DNA from: Eledone cirrhosa
Taxonomy: Eukaryota
Direction: 5' to 3'
Assembly (NCBI GenBank): GCA_964016885.1
Contig: OZ024741.1
Location: 292,888,001-292,952,000 of the forward strand
DNA length: 64,000 bases
Shown here: positions 39,851-54,262 of the stretch, piece after piece
Layout of the letters: each line of letters starts with the position of its first letter
Position numbering within the stretch: the stretch's first letter is position 1
Translations under genes and position numbers: made by a program
Notes under the pieces: generated by a model
Databases searched by the model: none
The model's input: the letters and a program-made list of their open reading frames with translations, nothing else
Told to the model about the DNA's origin: nothing

Positions 39851-40070
39851 TCATCATCATCATCATCGTTTAACGTCCGTGTTCCACGCTTGCATGGGTT
39901 TGGACGGGGGTTTTCCCACTTGAGGCAAGAGTGATTGTCTTGCTCGCATAAGACTGTCTGGCGGGTTTTCTACAGCTGGATGCCCTTCCTAACACAAACC
40001 ACATTTACAGTGTGGGGCTGGGAGGTTTTTACCGTGTTGCCTACACGGCCACATTACAGCGTGGACTGTC
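39848..40070 (-). mobile_element. RTE 3' UTR copy with (GAT)n tail
   Basis: Reverse complement of 23195-23417. Confidence 0.8.
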
Positions 40071-40720
40071 TCTATATATATATATATACACCCACTCACA
40101 AACACACATATATACACAAATACACCAATAAATATAACTATTGATTTTTTTCTCTTAGGTCTTATATATGCTTGTTAAAAATCTTCATTTAATTAGCACA
40201 ATGCCTTATTACCAGAATTACTGCTGTCTGATTAGTAACTTCAATTAGCTGTATGCATATCTGGCAAGAAAAATGAAGTAGCATATAGGTTTCACACATC
40301 AAATTGGACAGACTATATGTGTACATGTGCATTAGTATGTGTGTGTAAGCGCATGTGTGCATGCATTTGCATAATGACCAATACTTATTTAACAGATCAT
40401 AAATTATATGAATGTGTTATAACACACTACAACCACTGGCACACCTAGACCATTGCAGCCTCTCTCATTCTCTCTTTCCCCCTCACTCTCACTCTCTCTC
40501 TTTTTCACTTTTGCTCTCTCCCACTTTTGCACTCTTCCACTTTCTCTCACTATCTCTCCCGTTCTCTCTCTCTTTCTTTCTCTCTCCCCTCTCTCTGCTA
40601 TTCTCAGTGTTTAAAGATTCTACATTGCATGATATCCATTCAAAACACCTATTCTGTGTTTGTGCTTGAGTGAGTTGCTGTGTTTGCATATATAGACATG
40701 CCCACACATATATATATATA

Positions 40721-41603
40721 CGAGGTGTGTCAGAAAAGTTCCAGGACTGATGTCACAAAAGATTTATTTCAAAGAGTTTTCTCCTTCAAAGTAATTCCCC
40801 TGGAGTCTAATGCACTTTTCCATCCTTTTCTGCCACGCGTGCATGCACACCTGGAAGGATTCTTCTGGGATCCTCCGCAGTTCCGTCATTACGGCCTTTT
40901 TGATATCGTTGACGTCTTCAAAACGTGTCCCCTCCGAGTCGTACTGAAAGATCCATGGCTCATAACCGGTCATGACGTGTCCCTAGCAAGTCTGGTTTGG
41001 TTTTAAGATGTTTGAGGATGTCCTGGCACACCTGCATGCATCGACCCTTCAGGTCATCGTTCAGCAGTTTTGGCACCATCTTCGCGCAGACTTTCCGCAT
41101 GTCCAAATCTTCAGTGAGAATCTTCCAGACGCTGTCCCGATTCATGCCCAGCTCATCTGCCATCAGTCGAACAGTCAGCCGACGATCGCTACGCACCATC
41201 TGCCTGACGCGCTCAATGTTGACCTCAGTCCTGGTTTTTGAGGGCCTTCCGCTCCTGGGGTCATCTTCCACATCCTCACGTCCTTCTATAAACCTCTTGC
41301 ACCACTCAAAAGCACGTGAGCATGACATCGTCTCATCTCCATACACTTGCTGCAGCAGAGTTTTCCTCAACTGTACCAGAAAGTTCAAGTTTGTTCGTTG
41401 CTCTGTGCTCATTGCTTGACAACCTGAAACAGAGGACATGTATATAAAATTATGAAGAAAAAAGTTTGATCACTGCAGAGAGCTAAGATTACAGTTACAT
41501 ACTCCAGGGGGATTACTTTGAAGGAGAAAACTCTTTGTGTGAAGTTTGGGTTTGAAATAAATCTTTTGTGACATCAGTCCTGGAACTTTTCTGACACACC
41601 TCG
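40721..41603 (-). mobile_element. Internally deleted Tc1/mariner (mariner) DNA transposon
   Basis: 53-bp perfect TIR CGAGGTGTGTCAGAAAAGTTCCAGGACTGATG.., TA at both ends; HTH region EQR..VYGDE..RSGRP..DRRLTVR..KVCAKMVPKLL, first catalytic-motif remnant TGYEPWIFQYD joined directly to C-terminus GNYFEG; rest of catalytic domain missing. Confidence 0.92.
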
Positions 41604-41860
41604 TATATATATATGTTTGATGTAGCTAAGATGCTTCCATAGTGAGAGAATATGCTCCGAAATCATTAGACGCGTCCGTCGAACCTGCGGGTCCAGAATC
41701 TGACAGATCCACACAATGATCGCGTCTCGAGCTGTCTGCCAGCGAAACAATTGTAACACACAATAAATTGAGTTCAGATGCATCACTGATTTTTCGTTTT
41801 CTATTCTATATATATATATATATATACACACACACATATATTGTGTAAATATGTATATAT

Positions 41861-41894
<34 letters not shown>

Positions 41895-44511
41895 TCAGTG
41901 AGAATCGCATTTTGGTGGGTATATATATATATATCATCATCATTTTACGTCCACTTTTCCCTGCTTGCAAGGGTGGTATGGGTCCTATTCAGCACAGCAT
42001 CTCTCTACTTGTCATGGTCCTCCGTGAGCTTCAACAATTTGAAATCTGCTCTCACCACCTCCGCCCATGTTTTTCGTTGTCTTCCTCTACTGGGCTCTTC
42101 CTGTTTCAACAGCTAGTTCCAGACTGATTCTCAAAAAGCTTGGGGGTTAACTTACTGTATCATCAGGAGTGTGGCTTGTCCAAATAAGGGCATACATTAT
42201 TTATCCAATTGTAAATTCTCTTCATATTAATGTTATGCTTAAGGAGTGGTTATGTGTGTCAATATCTGGCATAGTGAGTGTTTATATGTAAGTGTGTGTG
42301 TATATGAGCAGCCGAGTGTATCTGGCTGGTAGAATAATCAAGGAGAGGGGGTGGAATTATACTTATTGAAAAAATATACTTGGTGTGGGTGTGTATGTCT
42401 ACTCCCAGGCATGGTTATTGCGACCTTCAGACAACAAGTCTATAGAAGTGGCATCAGACCCAGCAGTTCGTCCTAATCACAGAATAATCCAAGTTCACCA
42501 AATGGCAAATGAAATATATCTGTCAAGCAAGTGACAACTTATTTGTTAGTTATCTGAAAACAAAAGGGAGCAGCCAACTGGTTCATCAAAGCACACACAC
42601 ACTTGATAAGACAATGATAGATGTTATTGTGACAAAGTTGACTAAGTAGAGGATATTGGATATTATTTACTGGGTAATTGCTGGCCTTGTGCCTAAAATA
42701 GAAACAATTATTTAAATAAGCTCATCCTAAAATTTAATAATAATTTGTATTTTAAAAAAACAAAGCTTTGCAAAGATATATTTTAAAAGATAACATTGTA
42801 GATGACAAATACGTCAATGAAGTCAATGATAAAATAAATGCGTTTAGCATGATGAAAAGATCCAGAGTTTACCCATTTAGCCTACCAGTCAGTGGCATTA
42901 CAGTAAAATCTAGTGTATTTTTTAGTTCAAGTGTATTTACTATAACTAAACTAGTCCATAAATCACCTTAAATTACGTTTAGAAGTATGGATTTGATGTA
43001 CTTAATATATCCACGTTTCGTGGCACTACAGAGTTAGTGGTGGTGATTATATTTCATGTATTTATAGTGGAATAGGTGAAGTGGGTGATTACTATTGATT
43101 ATGCAATGTAATGGTCTTTGTTCATCTTGGGTACATATGTGTGTTCCAAGGGGTGCGTAGGGCTGTCCACATGCAATTATGTATTGATATTTCTGTAATG
43201 GAGTACTAGTATGGGTGTTGTCGTTTTAGTGCTGCTATCATAAAAAAATGTTGTGGAGCATACCTCTTTAGGAGTAAATATATATGGTTGAAGAATTGGA
43301 TGTGGAACTTGGATAGGTGCAAGATGAGCTGCTTATGTACTGGTTGCATGTGCTATTAATTTTGTTTAGTGATAGTGTGTTAGATTTGCTTTTTATCCTT
43401 ATGATGTCGATAAAATAAAGCATCAGTAATGCAGTGGGGTCGATTTAATTGACTTTTCCCTCTCCTCAAAATTGCTGGCCTTGTGCCTATACTAGAAATC
43501 ATTATTATTGTTATTTATTCTTCTTGTTTGTTCTTCTCGGAGCTAAATGTCTTCTGTGCATTTACATTTGACTAATGAGCAAATTCTTCTTGTTTTTCTG
43601 TGATAGTTTAATTTCCAAATGATATTGATTGATAAAATATTTAGTAGAGTAGAGTAGAACAACTGTCATAGTTTGACTTATTGATAAAATTTACAGAAGA
43701 AAATTACCTCACCCGACCCCATCTCATCCCACCCTCACCACACCACAGTTGAAAGTACTATTATGTAGTAGTAGTAGACGTTGTTGTAGTAGCTTCTCTT
43801 GCTAGTTATGTGTTGTTCACCTTAATAACTGCAATCCTTGTTGTTGTTGTTGCTGTTGTTGTCATCTTTCTTTAATTGTGATGGGGTCTCCTCCCCTATC
43901 CCCAACCTGTTACCTTTTTCCTTTTCGTTCTTTTTTTCTTTTCCCACTCTTTTCTATTTGACATGTGACAGGTAAGATATAAGAAAATTACAAATGGATA
44001 ACAACAACAACATTTTCTGTCTGAAATGAGAGACAGACAGACAGGCATACATAAAAGAAAGTACTATGAATAAAAGAAAACAAAAGCTTACTTCTATTAG
44101 AAAAGAACAATAAGCTATTTATTAGTATGTGTTATTTTCTCTCTTTTTCTTTGTCTGTCTGTCTGTCTCTTTTACTCTCACACATTGTGTCTGTCTGTTT
44201 CACTTTTTCTGTATATATATATGTTTCATTTATTCCCTATATATATATATATATATATATAATGTGTGTGTATGTGTACGTGTACATGCATCTATCCATG
44301 CATCTTTCTTAAACAAACGGTAAAGAAAGCTTATTGTTGTCACACTCATTATTTACGGCTGTCTACGTAAGTAAAATCAAAAGATGACATAGTAACTTCA
44401 TGTAATCTATCACATTCCTTCTATCATATCGATCTTTATCTCTCTTTCTGTCTATCTATCTATCTAACTATCGATCTATCTATCTATCTATATATATATA
44501 TATTTCTATCT

Positions 44512-44611
<100 letters not shown>

Positions 44612-45029
44612 ATCCCTCTATAACAGACACACAGTCTTTTAGCCAGGTGCCAACAACAGTTGCTATTGCATAGTATTAAGTTTGGTTTCAGAAAATCTCA
44701 ACTTTCTATGTTTGATGGAGCCAGTGAATAATAATTTCTTGTACAGTTTCTTACAAGATTTGTCCAATTCATTATGCCAATAGAACTGCCTGCAAGACAG
44801 GCATACATTATAAGTTCATATTTTTCATTAATAGTTGTATCACAGTGAAAGAGCACAATCTAATGATTACACTGCTTGACTCATGGGTTTAAGTTCATGG
44901 GTTTTATTCTATGACTGGGAAGTGTATTGTGTCCTTGAGCAAGAAACTTTATTTCACATTGATCAAGTCTACTCAGCTGAAAAGAAATGATTAGCAGCAG
45001 TAGCTGGTAATTAACTCTGCAATAGACCA

Positions 45030-45300
45030 TTGCTGAGCTTGAGATCAACTTTTGTTAAAAAGTCCACTGTTGAGTTTGAGACTAACCTTAGAGCTTGAGA
45101 TCAGCCTTCATTATACCGAAAACTGTTGAGTCTCAGACAAGCCTTCATTAAATAGACTACTGTTAAGCTTGAGATCAACTTTAGCTAAATACTGTTGCTG
45201 AGGTTCAGATCAGTCTTCATCAAATTGACAACAATTAATCCTGAGAGCAGCCTTCATTCAATAAGATGTTGTTTGCCTCAGATCAACCTTAATTAAATGA
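45030..45300. repeat. Degenerate ~38-40-bp tandem repeat
   Basis: CTGTTGAGCTTGAGATCAGCCTTCATTA variants, ~7 units. Confidence 0.6.
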
Positions 45301-47068
45301 ATTACTGATTTATTCATCACAATGTTGCTGGACCCACAACATGAGTGGTTGATCTATGAGCTGCCAAGTATCTTAATTTATAAATAAATCACTGAGTAAA
45401 CTCTTATCTAATCAGATGCCTTATTTTAAATTTCTAACAATTCATTTGATCATAGGAAAATCACTTGTGTGTTTATATAAATTATTCCAATTTTTGTAGA
45501 TCCAAATTACAAAACAAAGACAAGAAAAATTCAAGTTCTTGGTGGTCAAAGGATTAAGAGACATTTCCATTAGAGTTATTTTTTGGTTATTTTATGATGA
45601 AAGGTGGTTAAAATGGAATCTATTAACACATTAACACTTTTGGGATCAAGCTGTCCCATTCTGAGCCGAGTCAGATCAGATGAGGTGTCTTGCTCATTCA
45701 GAACTGTTTCTGGCTTGGTTTCTACAGCTGATGCCCTTCCTAATGCCAACCATATTTACAGTGTGGAATGGGCGCTTTTTGTCGTGACCAACATAAGCAT
45801 TTTACAGTGTAAACTGGGTGCTTTTTGTCATGGCACCAAAATGACCACTTTACAGTGTAGAGTGGGCGTGTTTTGTCATGACACCAAAATGACCACTTTA
45901 CAATGTGGACAGGGCATATATTTATCTGAAAACATTCCTCATAATTTTATGTTGGAAACTTTGTTATGCTCCCAACACCAGCTTAATAATGAGAAAATTA
46001 GTTATATTACAAATTATTGATTATTTTCAAAATAATTTGACTATTATAGGCAGCGTTTCTCATTAGAAATATGGTAACCAAAAGGTTAAAGGTGGTGTTC
46101 CATCATGATAAAACACTCTAAATGCTAAACAACAGTCAATACTAACAATTTCTTACATTTGGCACAAGGCCTACAGAATTTGGAAATAACCCCAGTATTT
46201 GATAGATGAGTACTTATTTCATCGACCCTAAATGATGAAGGGGGAGACCAATAATTATTACTATTCAAAGCAAAGTTAAACTGCAAACTCTCAAGTATTG
46301 CACAAAGCATCCAGTATACATTTGATTGCAACAAACAGCAACCATCTCTCCTCTCTCTCCCCCTCTCTCATTTACTCTTCTTTTCCTCCCATTCTTCTTC
46401 TTCGTTGTCATTGTCTGATATCCCTTTTCCTTTACAAGATAAAACCCTCCACCCTGTGTTGTTTTTCTACCTTGTATTGTCCACTACGATGTGTACCTTG
46501 TTGCCAGTAAAAGATATCATTATTATTATTATTATTTACATTGAGATTTCTGATAACATCTGTAATAACACATTTACTTGCCACACTTTCAGTAGGTTTG
46601 TTTTTTCCACAAGAAAGCGACATACACTCTCTACAATACATTTTCTTGACTCATCATTTTTTCTTTCTTCTCACATTTCTTCATTATTTGCTTTCAAATC
46701 TCTACAATTTTCTTTCTTCTTTCTTGTCTCATGTAAATCTTGCAGTACTTTTTCCCACCATCCCTTGCTACTATCCCCCTCATTAAACAAATGTATTTCG
46801 TTATTTTGTATAAACTAATTGCATCTTGTATAGAAAGACTCTTTCTTACAAGCCTGCCAACCACTGCATCATTTTCTGCATCTACTGCTGTAGATAATAC
46901 TATTATTGCTGCTGCACTTTCTGGACAAAATACTTTTGAAAAAATATGCAAAAATCGTGTTCATTTATATGTATTGATTTTTGGAAATTTTTTGTATATT
47001 TTTAAATATCATTTTTTTAAATTTTGTTATGTTTTTTAATATATTACTATTATTATCATTATTATTAT

Positions 47069-47478
47069 TAGAGGGCGGTGGATTGGCAGAATCGGTAGAG
47101 CAATCGGACAACATGCTTAGTGGCATAGAGTGAAGATCCTTTAAATTCTGAGCTCAAATCCTGCCGCGGTTAGCTTTCCCTTTCATCCTGACGGGGTCCA
47201 TAAAATAAAGTACCCAGTAATGCACTGGGGATGATTTAATCAACCTTCCCCTCCCCTTCAAATTGCTGGCCTTGTGCCAAAAGTAGAAACAATTATTATT
47301 ATTGGCAGTATCGGTAGAGCATCAGACAAGATGCTTTGCAGCATAAAGTTACGGCTCTTTATGTTCTGAGTACAAATCCTGCCAAGCTTAACTTTGCCTT
47401 TCACCTTTACAGGATTGATAAAATAAGGCACTGGTAATGCACTGGGGTTGATTTAATCGACTAAATTAGAAATCATTA
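47069..47478 (+). mobile_element. Two tandem SINE family 1 copies
   Basis: Heads at 47070 and 47302, each followed by core. Confidence 0.75.
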
Positions 47479-48305
47479 ACAGAAATGCAAGTGACTCTTT
47501 TTTCAGTCTTGTGTGTGTATATATGATATGTATTATTATTCTTATTTAGTTCCCCAGATGAAACTATGACACTCTAGCTATAACGATTTTCTTCTTTTGA
47601 GCATTGCATGGATACTACATTATTCAAAATGTCTGCCACTATTTCAACTTCTTAGCATGCAGTTTAAGGTATACACACACACACACACACACACATATAG
47701 AGCTAGATAGATAGATAGATAGATCCTGAGTAAAATAGAGTGTAACCACAGTTAAAAAAGGTACTTAATACATTAGTAGAGTGTAAATATCCTTTTTTAA
47801 TATAGAAATGGTTTCTACAGGACTAGATCTGTTTCATTCGTATGAAATCTTGTTTGAATTCAATTACCAAAATCACATCTGCGAGAAATTCTTGTTCCTT
47901 TCATTAGAGGCGGAGTGGGGGAATGCCATGAACTGCTAGATAGCTTATCCAGTAGTGAAGGCTAGCTTTCACTACATGGAACTTTTTGTATAATGTTGGG
48001 CAATCCTGCTGAAGGGTGTAATAGCCTGATTACGTAAATACCTGTTGATTTTACGTGATTTTCTGAAAATTGCAGAAGTAAATTCTGCGTTTGTAAAGTT
48101 ATATTACACAGAAACGATCACCCAGGAGAGAGATATTTACACCAATCTTTAACTAAACATTGCCAACTGTATACAGTAAACTGTGTGCATTCTGTACAGT
48201 TGATTACAGCTGCAAAACTGCATTTCGCCAGATTCATTAAGTGAGCTAGATGCTGGCTGGGAGATGCTAATTTGATTGGTATCTGCTATACTTCAATTTA
48301 TACCC

Positions 48306-48345
<40 letters not shown>

Positions 48346-48388
48346 GGGTATAAATTTATATATTTTAATATATATATATATATATATA

Positions 48389-48446
48389 TAGGAACGAGTA
48401 GGACCCCGACGGCTGAGCTCAGCCGTCGGGGTCCTACTTGTTCCTA
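48389..48446. repeat. 58-bp loopless palindrome derived from a hammerhead-family element
   Basis: TAGGAACGAGTAGGACCCCGACGGCTGAG|CTCAGCCGTCGGGGTCCTACTTGTTCCTA; homologous to 50221-50285. Confidence 0.75.
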
Positions 48447-48504
48447 TTACCCACTCTACTACCCTAAGTATGAGTACTTTGGTGCATTATGGTCCGCCTG
48501 GTTC

Positions 48505-48962
48505 CTTACCACATTTCCTTCATTACCCCACCCACACCGCCCCTTTCAAATGTAAAGTTATGTTGGTCCCACAACATCCAGGCCGAAACAAATGAGATCG
48601 TGTAGGTGTCACGACAAAAAACACACAGTCCACGCTGTAAATGTGGCCGTGTAGGCAACACGGTAAAAACCTCCCAGCCCCACACTGTAAATGTGGTTGG
48701 TGTTAGGAAGGGCATCCAGCTGTAGAAAACCCGCCAGACAGTCCACGCTGTAATGTGGCCGTGTAGGCAACACGGTAAAAACCTCCCAGTCCCACACTGT
48801 AAATGTGGTTGGTGTTAGGAAGGGCATCCAACTGTAGAAAACCCGCCAGACAGTCCTATGCGAGCAAGACAACCACTCTTGCCTCAAGTGGGAAAACCCC
48901 CGTCCAAACCCATGCAAGCGTGGAACACGGACGCTAAACCTGATGATGATGATGATGATGAT
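48505..48962 (+). mobile_element. RTE 3' UTR copy with internal ~113-bp tandem duplication and (GAT)n tail
   Basis: Matches 23085-23417; units start 48626 and 48739, bounded by ACAGTCC microhomology. Confidence 0.8.
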
Positions 48963-48967
48963 ATATA

Positions 48968-49155
48968 AGGGCTGTGGATTGGCAGTATCGGTAGAGGGTC
49001 GGATGCCATGCTTTGACGCGTAGAGTTACGATCCTTGCCATTCTCAGTTCAAATCCCGCCGAGGTTAACTTTGCCTTTCATCCTTACGGGGGTCGATAAA
49101 ATAAAGTACCAGTAATACACTGGGTAATTGCTGGCCTTGTGCCAAAAGTAGAAAC

Positions 49156-49160
<5 letters not shown>
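48968..49160 (+). mobile_element. tRNA-derived SINE family 1 (well preserved)
   Basis: TGGCAGTATCGGTAGAG..GTTCAAATCCCGCCGAGG..core..GGCCTTGTGCCAAAAGTAGAAACAATT. Confidence 0.85.
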
Positions 49161-49213
<53 letters not shown>

Positions 49214-49671
49214 TGTAATTTTAGCAAAGCAATAAGCTCTAGCTACATTATGGTACATATATACAGATTGTGTAGATATGGCTGCAAATAGGGCTAACAT
49301 GTTTACTTCACAAACACCTAATATTATTGTCATAGGTTTCATCCCATTGAGCAGTACCTTGGGAAAGTGTTTTCTGCTATAGTTTTAGGTTTTCAATGAG
49401 GAAATTTGGTTAATGGAGACTGTAAACAAGCTCATCACTCACACATACACACACACACACATACATATATACATATATCATCATCATCATCATTTCATTT
49501 TACGTCTGCCTTTTCCTTGCTTGCAAGGGTGGGATGGGAACTGATTCTGGCTTGATTTCTACAGCTGGATGCCCTTCCTAACACCAACCTCATTTACAGT
49601 GAGTGCTGGGTGCTTTTTTGCCATGGCACCTGCACGACCACTTTGCAGTGGAATGATAAGGACCCCAGTCC

Positions 49672-49822
49672 CTATCATCTCATTTCTACAGCTGAGTAAA
49701 CTGGAGCAATGTGAAATAAAGTGTCTTGCTCAAGGAAACAACACATCACCCGGTCCGAGAATTGAACTCACAACCTTTCGATTGCAAGGCCAATGCTCTA
49801 ACCACTAAGCCATGTGCCTCCT
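49672..49822 (-). mobile_element. tRNA-derived SINE family 2
   Basis: Minus strand GGAGGCACATGGCTTAGTGGTTAGAGC..GTTCAATTC..TCCTTGAGCAAGACACTT..ACTCAGCTGT. Confidence 0.7.
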
Positions 49823-49952
49823 TATATACTAATTAATGAATAGTGTCCACTCTGAGTTGCAAGTTTGTATTTACGACATATGATTTTTGTTAAATCGAGT
49901 GAGTGGATAACAGCCATGGTTAGATTGATTATAAACGAATGACTTTATTAAG

Positions 49953-49987
<35 letters not shown>

Positions 49988-50282
49988 CAGTCGATCAACT
50001 TTCATCAAATCAGAGAGAGGAAACAATGTTTCCGTTGGTCTTTCCAATTAACAAAACTCTCTATCAGTCCCAACTACAAGTAGAAGGGGCAATGTGAATT
50101 GGAGTATCTTACTCAAGGACATCGCCCGGTCTAGGAATTGAATTCACAACCTCATGATTACGAGTCCAATTTTCTTAACACTCAGCCACGCACACACACA
50201 CGCATATATATATATATATAGGAATGAGTAGGACCTCGACGGCTGAGCTCAAGCCGTTTCGACGGCTAATTCTGGATATACA

Positions 50283-50354
<72 letters not shown>

Positions 50355-50375
50355 ATAATAATAAATTTGAAGACT

Positions 50376-50502
50376 AAAATCCAAAGAGGGTTCGATAAGG
50401 ATAAATATATATCAAATATATGAGAACCGTAGAGCAAAAATCAGAAGATCCTGTTAAGGGTGAAAGCAGCAATTCTTTGCTTAAACTTTAATCTGTTATT
50501 TT

Positions 50503-50548
<46 letters not shown>

Positions 50549-51001
50549 TCATCATCTCATCATCATCTCCGTTTAACATCCATATTCCAAGCTCGCATGG
50601 GTTTGCACGGGAGTTTTCCCACTTGAGGCAAGAGTGGTTGTCTTGCTCGCATAGGACTGTCTGGCGGGTTTTCTACAGCTGGATGCCCTTCCTAACACCA
50701 ACCACATTTACAGTGTGGAACTGGGAGGTTTTTACGATGTTACCTACACAGCCACATTACAGCGTGGACTGTGTGTTTTTTTGTCATATATATATATATA
50801 TATATAGTAAAATCCAAAGAGGGCTCGATAAGGATAAATATATATCAAATATATAAGAAACCTAGAGCAAATATTTATTAAAATAACAGATTAAATTTTA
50901 AGCAAAAAATAGCTCCTTTCACCCTTAATGGGATCTTCTGAAACCCCCGTTAAGGGTGAAAGCAGCGATTCTTTGCTTAAACTTTAATCTGTTATTTTAA
51001 T
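50376..51001. mobile_element. Decayed hammerhead-like element copies (direct and inverted), interrupted by an RTE 3' UTR copy (50546-50786, minus)
   Basis: 50376-50440 repeated at 50807-50871; palindrome 50876-51001; motif AGCAAA..CAGAAGA-TCCC..GGGT-GAAA-GCAGC-NA-TTCTTTGCT. Confidence 0.55.
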
Positions 51002-51942
51002 CGCTGCCCTTTTACAGCAGGATCTGGATGCCATATACAAATGGGCGGAAGAAAACAACATGCAGTTTAATGCTGGCAAATTCCAAGCCCTACAATACAA
51101 ACCTCCAAACAAACCTGCAAACACAAATATAGTGGAACACAACTACACAGGACCAGGAGGGACTGATATCCCCGTGTCAAAATCGATACGAGACCTGGGC
51201 ATAGACATGAGCGATGATGCATCTTTTTCTTCACACATCATGAAAGTGGCGACAATGTGCAGACGAATCGCTGGCTGGATCTTGAGGACTTTCCGGACAA
51301 GAGATCGAGACACCATGTTGACACTATGGAGGACATTTGTCCTAAGCCGCCTGGACTACTGCTCCCAGTTGTGGTCACCCCATAGTGTCAAACTAACCAC
51401 GGAGCTTGAGGCAATCCAGCGAAGCTACACCAAGAGGATTGCCAAGATGAGGGAGACAAGCTACTGGGAGAGGCTAAAGGAACTGAACCTTTACTCCTTG
51501 GAGTGAAGACGGGAGAGATACGCAGTGATCTACATGTGGAAAATCCTGGAGGGACTAGCACCAAACTTTGGCATTGGGAGCTAGACCAACCGTCGAACAG
51601 GACGTCACTGTATGGTGCCAAAGGTCCCGTCTTCCACATCTAGAATAAGGAGCAGGTATTGCAATAGCCTGGGATTCAAGGGCCCTCAACTCTTCAGCAG
51701 GCTGCTGAGAGACTTGCATCACGTGGAGGTGGATGTCTTCAAGAAACATCTCGACACCTTGTTATTCAGGATTCCGGATGAGCCCACAGCAAGACAAAAG
51801 GGAAACCTAAGGGCAGCAGCAACAAACTCCCTCTTACACCAGTGGCCAACCTATACAAGCTGGAGATAAAATGTGTAGCAACAAGGGTGGTGCCCCAGCA
51901 TGGCCTCAGCCAGATGGCTGAAACAGGTAATAGTGTAAAAGA
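51002..51942 (+). mobile_element. CR1-group LINE 3' fragment (RT C-terminus)
   Basis: LQQDLDAIYKWAEENNMQFNAGKF, RDLGI, RLDYCSQLWSP, LEAIQR, YWERLKELNLYSLE, FKKHLD..IPDEP; internal stops. Confidence 0.85.
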
Positions 51943-52904
51943 GTATATATATATGCTTATATATAGTATATAGATAGATATGTATGAATTTTTGTGGTAC
52001 AGATTTCGATTTTTCTGGGTACTTTTTTCCTTCTATATAGGTATTTTAGCTGAATTATTATTTATACAATTGATTATAGTTACAGAACTTTGCCTTTCAT
52101 CCATTCGAGGTCGTTAAAAAATGTACCAGTTAAGTACTAGGGTTGATTCTTCCTCTGTATCTCTTTCTCACTTCCATTTTATCACTCTTTCTATACTTTT
52201 CGGAAAGAAATCTGCTGTGTTCAGACCTGCAGAGGAGATGGACTTTGCCAGGTTTTAAAATGCTCTAGAAACACCATATGTGAATATGGCACTTATAAAC
52301 TCCCTCGGGGGTTACAGGACCATATGCATGTAAGCACATTAAATTCATCAACCAATATTTGTGGTTTTCTTCCCTGTGTTGTTTTATATTAAAATCTTTT
52401 CCTTGGTTTTCGTTTTTGTGTTAAGTATATTAAAATGAACAGGAAAAAATAATTTAATAAACTTGCTTTCTTTGAAATTAAGAGCATCTGAAAATAGGAC
52501 CCTGGGTGTTTCTTTAAAGTTTTTCTTCTTTCTTTCTTGAACATTAAGACTGAATATTTCAGTAACACCAAACTGCTTTAAGTTTACACATTTACATATA
52601 ACATGTATTTGTTTGTTTATTTTATTATTTTATTATCATCATTTTTATTTTTTTTGGATTCATTTCTAGGTGGGAAGGCAGTGTTAAGTCACAGACAAGA
52701 AAATAATAAAAAAATAAAAATAAAAAAAATATATAGGTAATTAAAGTCAGGTATAAAATTAATTGTATTGCTGTTGTCTGGCTACTGTGTACAGAAAAGA
52801 CAGTGGAGCTATTGTATATTCTAGTTCAGCATATTGGTATATTGTTAATCTCGTTTGCTTCTATTCTTAGTGTATATATAGAACATCAACATCCTTTCCT
52901 CACA

Positions 52905-53940
<1,036 letters not shown>

Positions 53941-54226
53941 TCCATAGCTGTGCTGAGGTCAATGACTTGTTGTTATTGTAGTTGTTGCTATTGTCCTAGT
54001 TGTTGCAGCTGCATATAGAAAGACGTTGCTTTGCTCGTCATGTGGCTTTCTTGTCAAATTCAGTGAGCAGAGATAAAAACAAGTAATTAGTGTTGATTGT
54101 AATTTTGTAAATTAAAATTTTACAGGGAAGTTACTATGTATCTGCTCGATATATATATATACATGCATACATGAAGGATATATATATATATATAGATATA
54201 TATATATATATACATGCATACATGAA

Positions 54227-54260
<34 letters not shown>

Positions 54261-54262
<2 letters not shown>

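Noticed and set aside
48968-49060. tRNA gene
   Set aside because: A/B boxes belong to a SINE head; no complete cloverleaf
50015-50070. Minus-strand GGA-CTGATAG..GAAA-CATTG-TT-TCC
   Set aside because: Core altered and stem II unconvincing
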